A DNA stretch of 64,000 nucleotides from Caldisphaera sp. (GCA_049971805.1 JBMFKU010000003.1:1-64000); one strand, 5' to 3'; shown: positions 21,057-32,670, counted from the first letter of the stretch. The notes: a model not told the origin generated them from the sequence alone. A program made the numbers and translations.

Positions 21057-22495
21057 GGTTTTTTAACTATCGCATCAGTTACGCCTATCCATTTTAATTG
21101 GTATCCAAGAAATTCGACTAATTCTTGAATCCAATCCCCATAGACTTTAGTTAATTCAGTTAATTTTTTATTACTATAGTCATTATTTTTTAATTGCTGT
21201 AAATAATCATTTTTTATGAAAAAGTTTTTCATTTTAGTATATCCATTAACTGAAAGCTCTTTTTTAATAATGTTCATAGGTACATTATATTTTTTTGATA
21301 TTTCGTCAAATGATATTACATTTTCATTTAATGATAATTTTTCTCTAATCTCGTTAATGTTTATTGATGTATTGCTGTTGTAATAATTGTTAAGCCATGA
21401 ATATATTAAACCTACATTTATTTCCTTCTTAAATTTTATTATATAGTTATCATTAAAGTTTTCATAGCCAAGGGATTCATCAACAACTAGCAATATTGGT
21501 TTATTTATTTGTCTAATTTTTTCTGCCTTTTTTCTTAAATATTCCTTGGTCCAAAATCCAACAATCTCTATGTATATCTTAATGTTATCTCTCATTACTA
21601 AAAAGTCAGGTATGAATACGCTATTACCTGCTAATAATGGTTCAGGCTCTCTTATAATATTCCATTCCTTAGCTATTGATTTAAATTTCATATAGAAGCT
21701 CTCCTCTAATGAACTATCAAAGCTAATGTTTTTCATATTTGACATGCTTGGAAATATTGCATCATTTTGATCAATTTCTAAAAAATATGTTCTATTGTAT
21801 TTACCCATTATTTCCCCTTCTAATTTCCAATTATTAGATTCTAGAATATAAGGTATCAATAATGCCATTGATCTTCCATACCTTTCGGTTAGCTTTAGTA
21901 AAGAGGCTGGTCCAAATATTTCAATTGAAAATGGATCTGCATTTGCATTATACATTAACCCAAACTTTTTTATATTATAAATTAAATCTTTCCAATTATT
22001 TTTAGCATAAACTTTTAATTTTATTGCTTTAAATGCTGCAGTTTGAAGCAACTCCATGTTATATTCTTTTATTATATCTAAAGGATTTATTTCAGGTATG
22101 TATTTAATTTGCAGTTCTTCCTCCATATCAGAGTAAATAAATTTAATTGGATCTATTCCGAGTTCTTTTGAAACCAAATTCAATATCTTGTTTCTCTCTT
22201 CATTATTTGTCACAGGCCCATAGGAAAAGAGCTTGGATCTAATTAACTTAGGGTCTATTGGAGATGATTCTTCGACTTTTACTTTTCTCAAAATTAGAGT
22301 TGTTAGTGCTTCAATCAATTTTTGATCATAAATTTTTTTAAGATAGCTTGATTCTTCTTTAAATTCTCCAATAGTTTTATTTAATGAAAGTAGTGATATT
22401 AAATCATTTATAATACCAACATATCTATCATCTATAAATAAAATTTCTGCCTTTCCTTTCCTATATTTAATTCTCAATAAATCAGAGCTCAACAT
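21053..22495 (-). CDS. bax1: Bax1 endonuclease (DUF790), partner of XPB
   Basis: GPASLLKLTERYG, IPDF...YIEIVGFWT..YL nuclease motif; overlaps xpb. Confidence 0.9.
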   Translation of the reverse strand: MLSSDLLRIKYRKGKAEILFIDDRYVGIINDLISLLSLNKTIGEFKEESSYLKKIYDQKLIEALTTLILRKVKVEESSPIDPKLIRSKLFSYGPVTNNEERNKILNLVSKELGIDPIKFIYSDMEEELQIKYIPEINPLDIIKEYNMELLQTAAFKAIKLKVYAKNNWKDLIYNIKKFGLMYNANADPFSIEIFGPASLLKLTERYGRSMALLIPYILESNNWKLEGEIMGKYNRTYFLEIDQNDAIFPSMSNMKNISFDSSLEESFYMKFKSIAKEWNIIREPEPLLAGNSVFIPDFLVMRDNIKIYIEIVGFWTKEYLRKKAEKIRQINKPILLVVDESLGYENFNDNYIIKFKKEINVGLIYSWLNNYYNSNTSININEIREKLSLNENVISFDEISKKYNVPMNIIKKELSVNGYTKMKNFFIKNDYLQQLKNNDYSNKKLTELTKVYGDWIQELVEFLGYQLKWIGVTDAIVKKP

Positions 22496-23825
22496 TTTTT
22501 CTTCTCCTCAGGCTTAAGTTATAATCTGATGTGCTTTTTGTTACTAGCTCAATGAGTTTAGCCTTTTTACCATTTTTCATTCTCAATACTCTTCCTAACC
22601 TTTGAATAAACTGTCTTTTAGTTCCATAGCCTCCAACTATGATGGCTATAGAGGCGTCTGGTATATCTACTCCCTCATCAAAAACATTCGAAGCTATTAT
22701 AATTTTATATTTGTTTTCTCTAAAGTTCTCTATTATTTCTCTTCTTTCATCTTTAGGTGTTTTATAGGTAACTGCAGGAACTAAAAATATCTTAGATAAT
22801 TTATACGCCATATTGGTGTCTCTAGTAAATATAATAATTTTTTCACCTTTTAAATCTTCCAATAATAACTTTAGCTTATCTATTTTAGCCTCTGAGTTTA
22901 TTGCTATTTTATTCGATTCGAACCATGCATGGAGAGCTTCCTTTGCCAATGGACTTTTTCCCGCATGATAAATAAGCTGCTTAAAATCGTTAAGTGATTT
23001 CAATTCTAATCCTAGCTTCCCAAGATTCTCTTTTAATAACCTTCTAAACTCTTTATATTTCTTTTCTTCATCTTCTTTTAAATTAACATAGATTCTTTCG
23101 ATTTCATATTCAGCCAAATATTTTCCAGAAAGGTCGGAAGATGATATTGTATATACTATAGGACCGACGAGATCTATTAATAATTTATCTCTCCTGTCTT
23201 CTCTTTCAGGTGTTGCTGTGAGACCAAGCCTATAAGGGGAAGCAGAGAGTTGGGCTATTTCCATATAACCTTCGGATGGTAGATGATGTACCTCATCGAA
23301 TATTAAAAAAAGGAACTTATTTCCTATCAGCTCTATTTTTGAATATGCGCTATCATAAGTAGAAACTGTTATGCCTTGAATATCTTCGTAACCTCCTCCA
23401 AGCCTACCAGGATTTACGTTTAATCCTTTAATTAAAGATTTATACCATTGATCTAGTAAGTCAATAGTCGGAACTATTATAAGAGTAGAAACTTTTAAAT
23501 TATAAATCGCTTTTAATCCAATCACGGTTTTACCCGCTCCAGTTGGCATTACAATAATTCCTCTTTTCGAAATTAACCATGATTTAAGCGCTTTTTCCTG
23601 ATAGTCTCTAAGTTTAACTTTGTCTTTAACTATAGGGAATGGCAAAGGTTGCAATACATAATCCTTTACTGATATACCTGATTCTTTAAAGTAGCTTAAA
23701 ATTTCTCTATACTTGTAGGCCATGGTTATATATTTGTCGGTTTTCTGGTCTACTTTCATTTCAGGAGCATATGTGTCTGATATTAACAAACCTTTATAGT
23801 AATTTAGTTTTACCACTTTTCGCAC
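22482..23825 (-). CDS. xpb: XPB/Rad25-like SF2 helicase
   Basis: LRDYQ, PTGAGKT, DEVHH, TATPEREDR (RED motif), QRLGRVLR. Confidence 0.92.
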   Translation of the reverse strand: MRKVVKLNYYKGLLISDTYAPEMKVDQKTDKYITMAYKYREILSYFKESGISVKDYVLQPLPFPIVKDKVKLRDYQEKALKSWLISKRGIIVMPTGAGKTVIGLKAIYNLKVSTLIIVPTIDLLDQWYKSLIKGLNVNPGRLGGGYEDIQGITVSTYDSAYSKIELIGNKFLFLIFDEVHHLPSEGYMEIAQLSASPYRLGLTATPEREDRRDKLLIDLVGPIVYTISSSDLSGKYLAEYEIERIYVNLKEDEEKKYKEFRRLLKENLGKLGLELKSLNDFKQLIYHAGKSPLAKEALHAWFESNKIAINSEAKIDKLKLLLEDLKGEKIIIFTRDTNMAYKLSKIFLVPAVTYKTPKDERREIIENFRENKYKIIIASNVFDEGVDIPDASIAIIVGGYGTKRQFIQRLGRVLRMKNGKKAKLIELVTKSTSDYNLSLRRRKNVEL

Positions 23826-23988
23826 CCTAAATATTGTTAGTTTTGTTTAAAAATAATAAATTTCATTAATGTAAACGATTTTTGTAAATAAGAGGTTTGC
23901 AAAATTTTAGTAATTATTATACTTTAGGATTAAGGTAAATTAGGAAATTTTTTAAATAATTAAAGTAACTTAGTCAAATAGCTATAAG

Positions 23989-25134
23989 GTGAAATATTTG
24001 GATAGCACAGAAGTAAGAAAGCTTGAACATATAGAGATAGTGTTGAATGAAGATGTGCAGTCAAGAGACAGCAATTTATTAGAAAATGTAAGATTAGTTC
24101 ATAATCCATTGCCTAATAATGATTTAAATAAAGTTGACTTGCATAAGGATTTTTGTGGATTTGAGTTAGATGCACCTTTAATAATTACTGGTATTACTGG
24201 TGGTCATATTGAGGCTGAAAAAATTAATGAATCTATCGCAAAAGTTGTAAACAAGTTTAATATAGGTATGGGAGTAGGAAGTCAAAGAGCTGGGATTGAA
24301 AATCCTTCATTGGCACATTCTTTTAGTATTGTAAGAGAAAGAGCACCTGACAAATTTATAATAGGAAACATAGGAGTAGCTCAGTTTAACAAAGGATATG
24401 ATATTAAGGAAGTTGAAAGAGCAATTGAAATGATAAAAGCAAATGCTATAGCTATACATGTAAATCCAGGTCAAGAAGCCTATCAAGATGAAGGTGATGT
24501 TAATTTTTCCAGTCTTATTAATAAGATTGAAGAGTTAAGCGAAAAAGTTAGTGTACCTATTATTATAAAAGAAGTGGGAAATGGCTTAAATAAAGAAATT
24601 GTATCTGAATTGAGATCAATTGGCATTAAATGCTTTGATGTGGCTGGATTAGGTGGTACTAACTGGATTAAGGCCGAAATGCAGAGGTCAAGAAAAAAGC
24701 ATGGTTATTCATTAAAGGAACCAGGAAAGTTAGCGGATTATTGGGGAAATCCAACAGCAATAAGTGTAATAGAGGCAAGATTTGCATCTGAAGATGCATA
24801 TATTATAGGGAGTGGAGGAATAAGAGATGGATTAGATGCTGCAAAAATTATATCTTTGGGAGCTGATGTTGCTGGAATGGCTTTTCCAATTTTAAAAATT
24901 TTAAAAATAAATGGGGAAGAAGGATTAGAAAAATACATACAACAAATATTATATCAGATTAAAACATCGATTTTTCTATCAGGAGGAAATAAAGTGGCTT
25001 CGTTATGGAAAAATAATGTCACAATATGGGGTAGGCTAAGAGAGGAATTATTATCAAGAGGAATAAATCCAAATGAATTTTTGAATAGAAGATTATACAC
25101 ATTAGCCTGGAGGTATAGAAAAAATGGAATATAG
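23989..25134 (+). CDS. fni: Isopentenyl-diphosphate delta-isomerase type 2 (FMN-dependent)
   Basis: RKLEHI, ITGG, GVGSQR, KEVGNG, DVAGLGGT, SGGIRDGLD. Confidence 0.95.
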   Translation: MKYLDSTEVRKLEHIEIVLNEDVQSRDSNLLENVRLVHNPLPNNDLNKVDLHKDFCGFELDAPLIITGITGGHIEAEKINESIAKVVNKFNIGMGVGSQRAGIENPSLAHSFSIVRERAPDKFIIGNIGVAQFNKGYDIKEVERAIEMIKANAIAIHVNPGQEAYQDEGDVNFSSLINKIEELSEKVSVPIIIKEVGNGLNKEIVSELRSIGIKCFDVAGLGGTNWIKAEMQRSRKKHGYSLKEPGKLADYWGNPTAISVIEARFASEDAYIIGSGGIRDGLDAAKIISLGADVAGMAFPILKILKINGEEGLEKYIQQILYQIKTSIFLSGGNKVASLWKNNVTIWGRLREELLSRGINPNEFLNRRLYTLAWRYRKNGI

Positions 25135-26140
25135 CACTTTAAATAAGATAACAGATAAATATGTTAGCTTAATAGACTCATATATATATGATATAATGAA
25201 AGGAGAACCTGAAAAACTTTACAAGGCTTCTTTGCATTTAATAAAGGCTGGTGGAAAAAGACTTAGACCAATGATAGTTCTAGCTTCATCAAAAGCTTTA
25301 GGTGGTCCTCAGGCCGAAGCAAAGGCAATATATTATGCAACATCTATTGAAATATTACATAACTTCAGTCTTGTTCATGATGATATAATGGATAATGATG
25401 ACTTTAGAAGGGGTATCCCAACAGTACATAAGGTCTATGGTTTATCATGGGCATTATTAGCAGGAGACTTAATGTTTTCTTATGCATTTCTAATACCATA
25501 TCTTGCAAAAAAAGCAGGTGCTGATGATGTTGAAATATCAAAGGCCGTCGAAGTAATTGGAGAAAGCTCAAAGAAGATAGCTGAAGGACAAGGCTTTGAT
25601 ATTATGTTTGAAAAAACATGGGAAGTAGATGAAAAGGATTATCTTAAAATGATTTATCTGAAAACAGGCGCATTAATAGAAGGATCATCGAAATTAGGTG
25701 GAATAGCCTCTGGTTCTTCTGAAGATATAATAGAATTAATGGGAGAGTATGGGAGATTTGTAGGTTTAGCATTTCAAATTAGGGATGATATTATAGGTAT
25801 ATTCGGAGATCCACAAAAAACAGGCAAGCCTATTTATAATGATTTAAGGAGAGGCAAAAAAACAATACTAGTATTATATGCTGCTAACAGAAAGAAAGAA
25901 TGGAAAGATTTGTTTATGAAGATTTTTGAGGGTAATGCTACGGAAGAAATGATAAAGGAAGGAGCGGATATAATTAAAGAATCAGGAGCTTTAAATTATG
26001 CAGAAAGTTTATCTAATATTTTTTCTTCATTAGCTGTGGAAAAAATAGAGTCAATATCATCTCTTGGTACAATAAAAGATGATGAATCTCTTCAGGCGTT
26101 AAAGGAATTGGCATTTTTTTCGTCAAATAGGGAAAAATAA
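25124..26140 (+). CDS. gds: Geranylgeranyl diphosphate synthase
   Basis: GGKRLRP, VHDDIMDNDDFRRG, FQIRDD motifs. Confidence 0.92.
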   Translation: MEYSTLNKITDKYVSLIDSYIYDIMKGEPEKLYKASLHLIKAGGKRLRPMIVLASSKALGGPQAEAKAIYYATSIEILHNFSLVHDDIMDNDDFRRGIPTVHKVYGLSWALLAGDLMFSYAFLIPYLAKKAGADDVEISKAVEVIGESSKKIAEGQGFDIMFEKTWEVDEKDYLKMIYLKTGALIEGSSKLGGIASGSSEDIIELMGEYGRFVGLAFQIRDDIIGIFGDPQKTGKPIYNDLRRGKKTILVLYAANRKKEWKDLFMKIFEGNATEEMIKEGADIIKESGALNYAESLSNIFSSLAVEKIESISSLGTIKDDESLQALKELAFFSSNREK

Positions 26141-26143
26141 TAA

Positions 26144-27856
26144 GTGATAGAAATGAGCGAAAGCTTAAATAGAATTGTTATGGTTTATACTTTGAGAAAT
26201 GCTATCGAGCATAATGGCAAGGCACAAAGTAACAGTGTTATGTCAATGATTTTAGGAGAAAGGCCTGAACTAAGATCGAGAGCAAAAGAACTTTATGGGC
26301 TAGTTAATGCTTATGTGGAAAAAGTTAATTTGATGAATATTGATCAACAAAAGCAAGAATTAAGCAATTATGGTATAGTATTTGAAGTAAAGAGGAAAGA
26401 AAAAAATGAAGAAAAGAGATTACCTTTATTGCCAAATGCTGAAGAAGGCAAGGTCGTTACGAGATTTGCACCAAATCCAGATTTTGTAATTCATATTGGT
26501 AATGCAAGACCGGCTATATTAAGTTACGAATATGCAAAAATGTATAAGGGAAAGATGATTTTAAGATTTGAAGATACGGATCCAAGAACAAAAACACCTA
26601 TAAAAGAGGCTTATGATCTAATAAGGCAGGATTTAAATTGGTTAGGAGTGCACCCTGATGAAGAATATATACAAAGCCTTAGAATGGAAATATTTTATAG
26701 AGCTATTAGAGAAATGATAGCTAAAGGGTGTGCTTATATCGATTTATCCGGTGAAGAAGGTAAAAAAATGTTATTAAACAAACAGGAATTACCTGATAGA
26801 AATAAATCAATTGATGTACAGATGGAAAATTTTGATAAAATTTTAAATAATTATTTTAAAGAAGGGCAGGCAGTAATAAGAATAAAGACAGATATTAATC
26901 ATCCAAACCCAAGCATTAGAGATTGGATTGCATTTAGAATTATTGATTCTGATAAATATCCTCATCCCTTAGTGGGTAGTAAATATAATGTTTGGCCGAC
27001 TTATAATTTTGCCGTTAGCGTTGACGATCATTTATTAGGTATAACACATGTATTAAGGGGAAAAGAGCATGAATTAAATACTGAAAAACAAAAATTTGTT
27101 TATGAGTGCATGAAATGGAAGATGCCAAATTATATTCATTTTGGAAGACTTAAACTAGAAGGATTTATTATGAGCAAAAGTTATATAAGGAAAATAATGA
27201 GTGAAAATCCTGGAAAATTTTTGGGCTATGATGATCCAAGATTTGGAACCATTTCAGGCTTAAGAAGAAGAGGAATTTTATCAGAATCGATTAAGGAGTT
27301 GATTATGGATGTAGGTATCAAAACAGGTGATGCAAGATTAAGCTGGACCAATCTTGCATCAATAAACAGAAAGAAATTGGACTTTTTATCAGATAGATTA
27401 ATGTTTGTAGAGGATCCTATAAAATTTATTGTTGAGCAACCTTCTTGTATTGACGCTGTAATTCCATTACATCCTGATAGGCCAGAAAAGAAAAGATCAG
27501 TAAATGTATGCAACGGTGATGAAATTTATATAAGTAAGAATGATTTGAATTCTAAAAGATTTAGGCTTATGGAATTGGGTAACTATCAAATTGAAAGCGA
27601 TGTGCTAAAATTTATAAATAAAGATGTAAAGTATGCAAGAAACGAAAAATTACCGATAATACAGTGGGTTAGTTCAAAAGATTCAATAAAGACTGATGTT
27701 TTAGAACCAAGGGGATTGGAATTTAATATCCATAGAGGATTAGTGGAAAATTACATAGTTAATTATAAAATTGGATCAAAGCTACAATTTGTACGTTTTG
27801 GCTTTGTAATTATAGATAAAGATAATCCACTTACTTTATTTTATATACATAAATAG
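26144..27856 (+). CDS. gltX: Glutamyl-tRNA synthetase
   Basis: RFAPNPD..HIGN, RFEDTDP, MSKS motifs. Confidence 0.95.
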   Translation: MIEMSESLNRIVMVYTLRNAIEHNGKAQSNSVMSMILGERPELRSRAKELYGLVNAYVEKVNLMNIDQQKQELSNYGIVFEVKRKEKNEEKRLPLLPNAEEGKVVTRFAPNPDFVIHIGNARPAILSYEYAKMYKGKMILRFEDTDPRTKTPIKEAYDLIRQDLNWLGVHPDEEYIQSLRMEIFYRAIREMIAKGCAYIDLSGEEGKKMLLNKQELPDRNKSIDVQMENFDKILNNYFKEGQAVIRIKTDINHPNPSIRDWIAFRIIDSDKYPHPLVGSKYNVWPTYNFAVSVDDHLLGITHVLRGKEHELNTEKQKFVYECMKWKMPNYIHFGRLKLEGFIMSKSYIRKIMSENPGKFLGYDDPRFGTISGLRRRGILSESIKELIMDVGIKTGDARLSWTNLASINRKKLDFLSDRLMFVEDPIKFIVEQPSCIDAVIPLHPDRPEKKRSVNVCNGDEIYISKNDLNSKRFRLMELGNYQIESDVLKFINKDVKYARNEKLPIIQWVSSKDSIKTDVLEPRGLEFNIHRGLVENYIVNYKIGSKLQFVRFGFVIIDKDNPLTLFYIHK

Positions 27857-27870
27857 TTAATTATTAATAT

Positions 27871-29160
27871 CTATATTTTATAGTAGGGATCCTTTCCTTC
27901 TTTCATTCTAATTAATGCATTCATTGGTATATAATGATAACCTGTTCTTGCTATTAATTCATATAATACTTCGTATGTAGCCCTTTCAAAAACCCAAAAG
28001 CTTAAAGAAATATTAAAGTCATCAAGGTTTTCTATCAATGAGTCTGGTAGACTTTTCAAGTATGAATTTATTATATCGTTAGCCGAGTCTCTTTCCCAAA
28101 TTAATGATTTTGAATCATATAAATTTATTGCATCTTTTAGGTTAACTTCATTTAATAACTGTAATGCCATAATTGAAGCATAGTTAATGCTTCTAGTTAA
28201 AGCAGCTAAATCTCTTTCGATCATTTCCTTTTCTAACTTGTTCGATGGATACTTATAGGGTTCCCCTTCAAAATCTGTAAAATAGATGTTGTTTTCATTC
28301 ATAATTATTTGATATAGATGTAAATCTCCGTGAATTCTCATCACCGTTTTCCCTATAAAGTTCTTTATATTACTTTTGTTTATTTCAAGCAACTCATCTA
28401 TTGAATCAATAGTTTCCATTAATAAATTTCTATCTTCCTTATTAAACGAATCTATGTTGTTTCTTAGGTATTTGCTTCTCCACAAAATTCTATATAACCA
28501 CTTCTCTATGGTATCATCGTTTATAACTTCTTTGTTGCATTGTTTGTTCTGACATTCTGATAAAGCCTTATGAAGTATAGCTAGATTTTTTCCAATCAGA
28601 CTTCCAATGCTTTTAAATCTTCCATACTTAAGAAAGTCTATAGAAGAATTAATGTAATAGGTTGCAGCTGGTATTCCTTCTATATACTCTGTTAAAAGTC
28701 CATATAGATAATTTTTATATTTAATATTGCAAACATATTTTGGTATGTTTGTTAGTCTTTTTTGTGTTAAATATTTTAGAATTTCATCTTCTATGTTGTC
28801 ACCTTCTAGTCTTTTCATAATTTTCATTGAGTATTTAATGGTTTTTTCATCTATAACCTCATAAGAAACTGATCTATTTCCCACATTAGCTGGATTTATT
28901 TTTGTAATATTAATATTTGTGCAGTTAGATTTAAAATCATCGATTCTATTGTTAAATAAATTATTAAGCCACACACTATTTTCCTCTGCTAATTTCATAT
29001 TATCATTCATTAGAGACAATAAAAGTACTTCATTGCAACCCTCTCCTTTTATTAATGTATAATCTTTAAAATATTTGCATTCATAATCTATATTGCTGCA
29101 ATTAATCTTCCAAGTTTGATTGTTTATATATGATAATATATTTTTGTCGCATTTTTCCAA
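27871..29160 (-). CDS. Maltokinase (Mak/Pep2)-like phosphotransferase
   Basis: RIHGDLHLYQ, DFEGEP, RDLAALTRSINYA, ERATYEVLYE motifs of maltokinases. Confidence 0.75.
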   Translation of the reverse strand: MEKCDKNILSYINNQTWKINCSNIDYECKYFKDYTLIKGEGCNEVLLLSLMNDNMKLAEENSVWLNNLFNNRIDDFKSNCTNINITKINPANVGNRSVSYEVIDEKTIKYSMKIMKRLEGDNIEDEILKYLTQKRLTNIPKYVCNIKYKNYLYGLLTEYIEGIPAATYYINSSIDFLKYGRFKSIGSLIGKNLAILHKALSECQNKQCNKEVINDDTIEKWLYRILWRSKYLRNNIDSFNKEDRNLLMETIDSIDELLEINKSNIKNFIGKTVMRIHGDLHLYQIIMNENNIYFTDFEGEPYKYPSNKLEKEMIERDLAALTRSINYASIMALQLLNEVNLKDAINLYDSKSLIWERDSANDIINSYLKSLPDSLIENLDDFNISLSFWVFERATYEVLYELIARTGYHYIPMNALIRMKEGKDPYYKI

Positions 29161-29233
29161 TATAACTGCACCTACACATTTTATTTAAAATTACTTATAA
29201 ATAAAACTTTTTGAGTTATTTTAGATTATAAAA

Positions 29234-29839
29234 TTATGATAATGTCTTTATTGTAAGATTTAATAGACCTAACATTTTATTATTATAATTTGTTACAGTA
29301 GCCAATACAATTAGATAATTATTATCCACGGCCATTAATGATGTATTGGATGAAATATACGTTACATTGCCCATTCTATTAATTGATAGATTATAAAGTG
29401 ATGACATTATCTCTAAGTCTTGACTTAAAATTTGAACTCCTGAGAGATCAGATTTTATAACTTCTATCATTATTTCGTTACTTTTATTGTTTGTCTGATA
29501 GTAAAGTGTTGCGCTTTCCAATAAGGTATGATTATAGAAGCTGTTGCTATAAACACTAGGGTAATTTGTGGCTGGATTTGTTACTTTAGTTCCGTTTAAA
29601 TAGATAATTGTTATGGTATTATCATTATGATTTATTGTTATATATCCAGATTCATTATTAAGTACTGTCCATTGCCCGCCAAGTTCTTGAGAAATATCAT
29701 TTGTCGATACATAACCAGGATAAGATAAAGAGGTTGCAGATGTTGATTTATGAGTTGTTATACTATAGTAATATGCGCCAAAAGAAGCTATAATTGCTAT
29801 TACAACTATAATTACTACCCATGCTAGCTTTGAATTCAA
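29234..29839 (-). CDS. Secreted or membrane-anchored hypothetical protein (Ser/Thr/Asn-rich)
   Basis: N-terminal TM helix; several N-x-S/T sequons. Confidence 0.7.
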   Translation of the reverse strand: MNSKLAWVVIIVVIAIIASFGAYYYSITTHKSTSATSLSYPGYVSTNDISQELGGQWTVLNNESGYITINHNDNTITIIYLNGTKVTNPATNYPSVYSNSFYNHTLLESATLYYQTNNKSNEIMIEVIKSDLSGVQILSQDLEIMSSLYNLSINRMGNVTYISSNTSLMAVDNNYLIVLATVTNYNNKMLGLLNLTIKTLS

Positions 29840-29903
29840 TCATATGCACCCAGTAAATTTTAAAAAATGGAGATTATATATTAACATTAATTTAGGTATT
29901 AAG

Positions 29904-31746
29904 TTATTTTTTATTTAGCATAATATGGGTTTTTAGATATTCTGCATGGCTCCAAAGTAATGGTGTGACAGACAAAGGTGATCCATTAAAAGGATTTACC
30001 TGTTCTGGCAAGAATCCTGAAGGTATAGCAACCCCCTCAGCCCACTTCATTAATTTTTCAGATTCTTCTTTATTACCCAATTTCATATAGTATTGCGATA
30101 ACCATAAAGTAGTTATTATCCAAGGATTTCCAGGAATATCTTTATAATCTCCATCTGCTCTTTGATAGTAATCATTTTCATATCTAGCTATACCACCTAT
30201 TGTTTTTACCCATAACTTTTCTCTTATTTTTTCTACACTAGAAACTAATGTTTGATCGTTAGGATCTAAGATATCAAAGTTAGACAAACCTAATAGGCTA
30301 GATTCTATCCTTAAGTCTTTTTCTACAATTTTTCCATGATCTATTTTAATACTTTTTACATATGCTCCTATCGACTTATCAAACATGTTTTCTTTTAGTG
30401 ATTTTAATATCTCATTAGATGCTTTACTCCATTTTTCTTCATTTTTCCAGTCACCAAGCATTTTTGCTATCTTTGATGAAGCGTTAAGTCCTGCTATTAC
30501 TGAAGATACTGTATAAATATTTACTCCGAGATTTTCCTCCCACAAATCGTATGTCATTAATGGTAATTTTAATTTCTCGTCTCTAAAATCAGCTAAGAAG
30601 TTAGCAGCTTTTATTATAGTTTCATAATAATCTCTTAAAGAATCATAATCTTTGGTTAAAATGAAGTGATAATAATAAGTATATAGCGAAGTTGAAGTTT
30701 CATCCTCCTGTATATTTAATGATTGGTCGTTATTTAATGTCCAAGGATGCCATGTACTTCCAAAGGATCCATCGGAATTGTATTTTTGATATAAAAACCC
30801 TTCGTCGTTGAAAAGATTTTCAAACAGAAATCTATAATATTTATTGGTAAAAGACCAATATCCTGACATGTCTAATGCCATTGCAGTTAACGATGCGTCT
30901 CTTGGCCAAACATAGGCATATGTATCAAAATTAAACTTTAATATGCTGGTATCAAATGATGCTGGAATTGCTCCGTTTTCACCTATGTGGCCTATTATAA
31001 CAGCTAAGCTTTGTTTTGCCAGCTTATTTTCGTACGTTTGAGTAATATTTTTCCAATATCTTGAATCTCTTTCAAAGTGTGTTTCTGCATTATTTCTTAT
31101 TTCATTTAATTTAATTATAACATCATTGTAGCTATCTCCTGCAATAAAGTAAATGTAAAAATCTTTATCCGCTATGGAAAAAGGCACTATCAACAGATCC
31201 CTGAGCAATAGGATTTTTATTTAATGTTCCATCTTCACAGTCTCTAATAACAACTCCCTGATCTCTTCTACCTGTAGTATATTCGTATATTTGATTTGAT
31301 GAGGAAATCAAGAACCATGTATTTTGTTTATAATGAATTATAGAATCGCTTTGCGGATCATAAAATGCAGTATCTCCGATTTCATTTCCATTGAGTCTGA
31401 AATCGTTATAAAAAATAACCCTAAACAGACCATTTCCTTTTATAGAAACTTTTCTAATAATTACCGGATGGGTCATAGAAGCAATATCTTTTATTTCTAA
31501 ATTAATATCATTGTTTCTTGATTCCATTATATTAATAAGTCCATCCATAGTTATAGTTTTATCCCAATTTTCTATCCAATTAAACAAGCCATTATTCCAT
31601 ATCCCAATTTTAAATTGTCCATTTAAGGATTGATTGTATTGCTGTCCAAATAAAGGATAATATATCGATTTTATGTAAAAATTATTATCATATAAAGCAG
31701 CTATATTGCCATTACTAATAAATCCTGTTCTCATTTTTATTACCAT
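29904..31746 (-). pseudogene. GH15 glucoamylase/trehalase family gene split by a single +1 frameshift
   Basis: N-part ends PIAQGSVDSAF; C-part has YAYVWPRDA, QEDET, DLWEE, PEQVNP, PLLWSHAE; removing one T from the T5 run (plus-strand A5 at 31178-31182) restores one ORF. Confidence 0.85.
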
Positions 31747-31815
31747 TTGTTTAATATTTTTAAAGGGTTTTAAAGTTTATATAAAAGACAAACAAGTTAT
31801 AAGATATGCTTTTTA

Positions 31816-32670
31816 TTAGCAAATTTTCTCGCAATCTTTTTTGGGTAGCTCATTTAATCTTCCTTCAGCATATGCATAGACATTATGTGGATGTATGCTT
31901 TCAAAACTTATTGCTTCGGCCTTTATTATGGTGTTTTCTGGTAGTTTATCTGATATGCATCTAAGATATTTAATTGCATCTCTAACTACATCTTCAACAA
32001 ATTTGGGATTTTTATGAGCGCTTATAACTAAATTTGCTTCTTGATATCTTTTTAACAGTGTAAAGGATGGAGCAGAAAATGCAAATGACAAGCATTTGGC
32101 CATATCTTCTATTCTCACTAAATAATTTTTGTCTGTTTCTATATAACCATATAATAATACCTTTTGGCTATGGCTTGGTGAAATTGATTTAATGTTTAAC
32201 ATATTTGATATTGTTGACTGTGCACTAGGACAGACAGTCATACCATATAAACCAACATTGATAGACCATCTTTTTTTCTTTTTGCTTCCGTCAACACTTA
32301 TTTGAACTTCTACTGGCTCAATGTTTGATAGCTCATTAAACTTTAAAAAAACTCCGTATTTAGTCTTTGCCTCGACTCTTGCACTTTCTGCATAATTATG
32401 AAGTGTAAGCAAAGAACTGTGAATTTTTTCCAAGTATGCTTCAATACTCCATGCTTTTTCTGGAAACTCCATATTTTCTGGTAAAGCTTCAATATTTCTA
32501 GATAAATGAGCTCCTTTTCTATTTGATGGTATTTCTATGTATGCATTTATTTCTAAATCAATTGGCATAGGTCCTATAGGTGATTCAATTAAAACCCTCT
32601 TCCACAATCCCTTGAAGCCAACCCTATTAATTGGTATATTATAATCTGGCTCTTTATCTTGTATTTCCAA
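31816..32670 (-). CDS. mptA: GTP cyclohydrolase MptA/FolE2 family
   Basis: GAHLSRN, GMTVCP, SHSQK, LLKR..E, NPKFVEDVVR, ESIHPHN. Confidence 0.9.
   Translation of the reverse strand: MEIQDKEPDYNIPINRVGFKGLWKRVLIESPIGPMPIDLEINAYIEIPSNRKGAHLSRNIEALPENMEFPEKAWSIEAYLEKIHSSLLTLHNYAESARVEAKTKYGVFLKFNELSNIEPVEVQISVDGSKKKKRWSINVGLYGMTVCPSAQSTISNMLNIKSISPSHSQKVLLYGYIETDKNYLVRIEDMAKCLSFAFSAPSFTLLKRYQEANLVISAHKNPKFVEDVVRDAIKYLRCISDKLPENTIIKAEAISFESIHPHNVYAYAEGRLNELPKKDCEKIC

Noticed and set aside
21053-23825. Helicase plus nuclease pair as a novel defence system
   Set aside because: This is the well-described archaeal XPB-Bax1 repair module.
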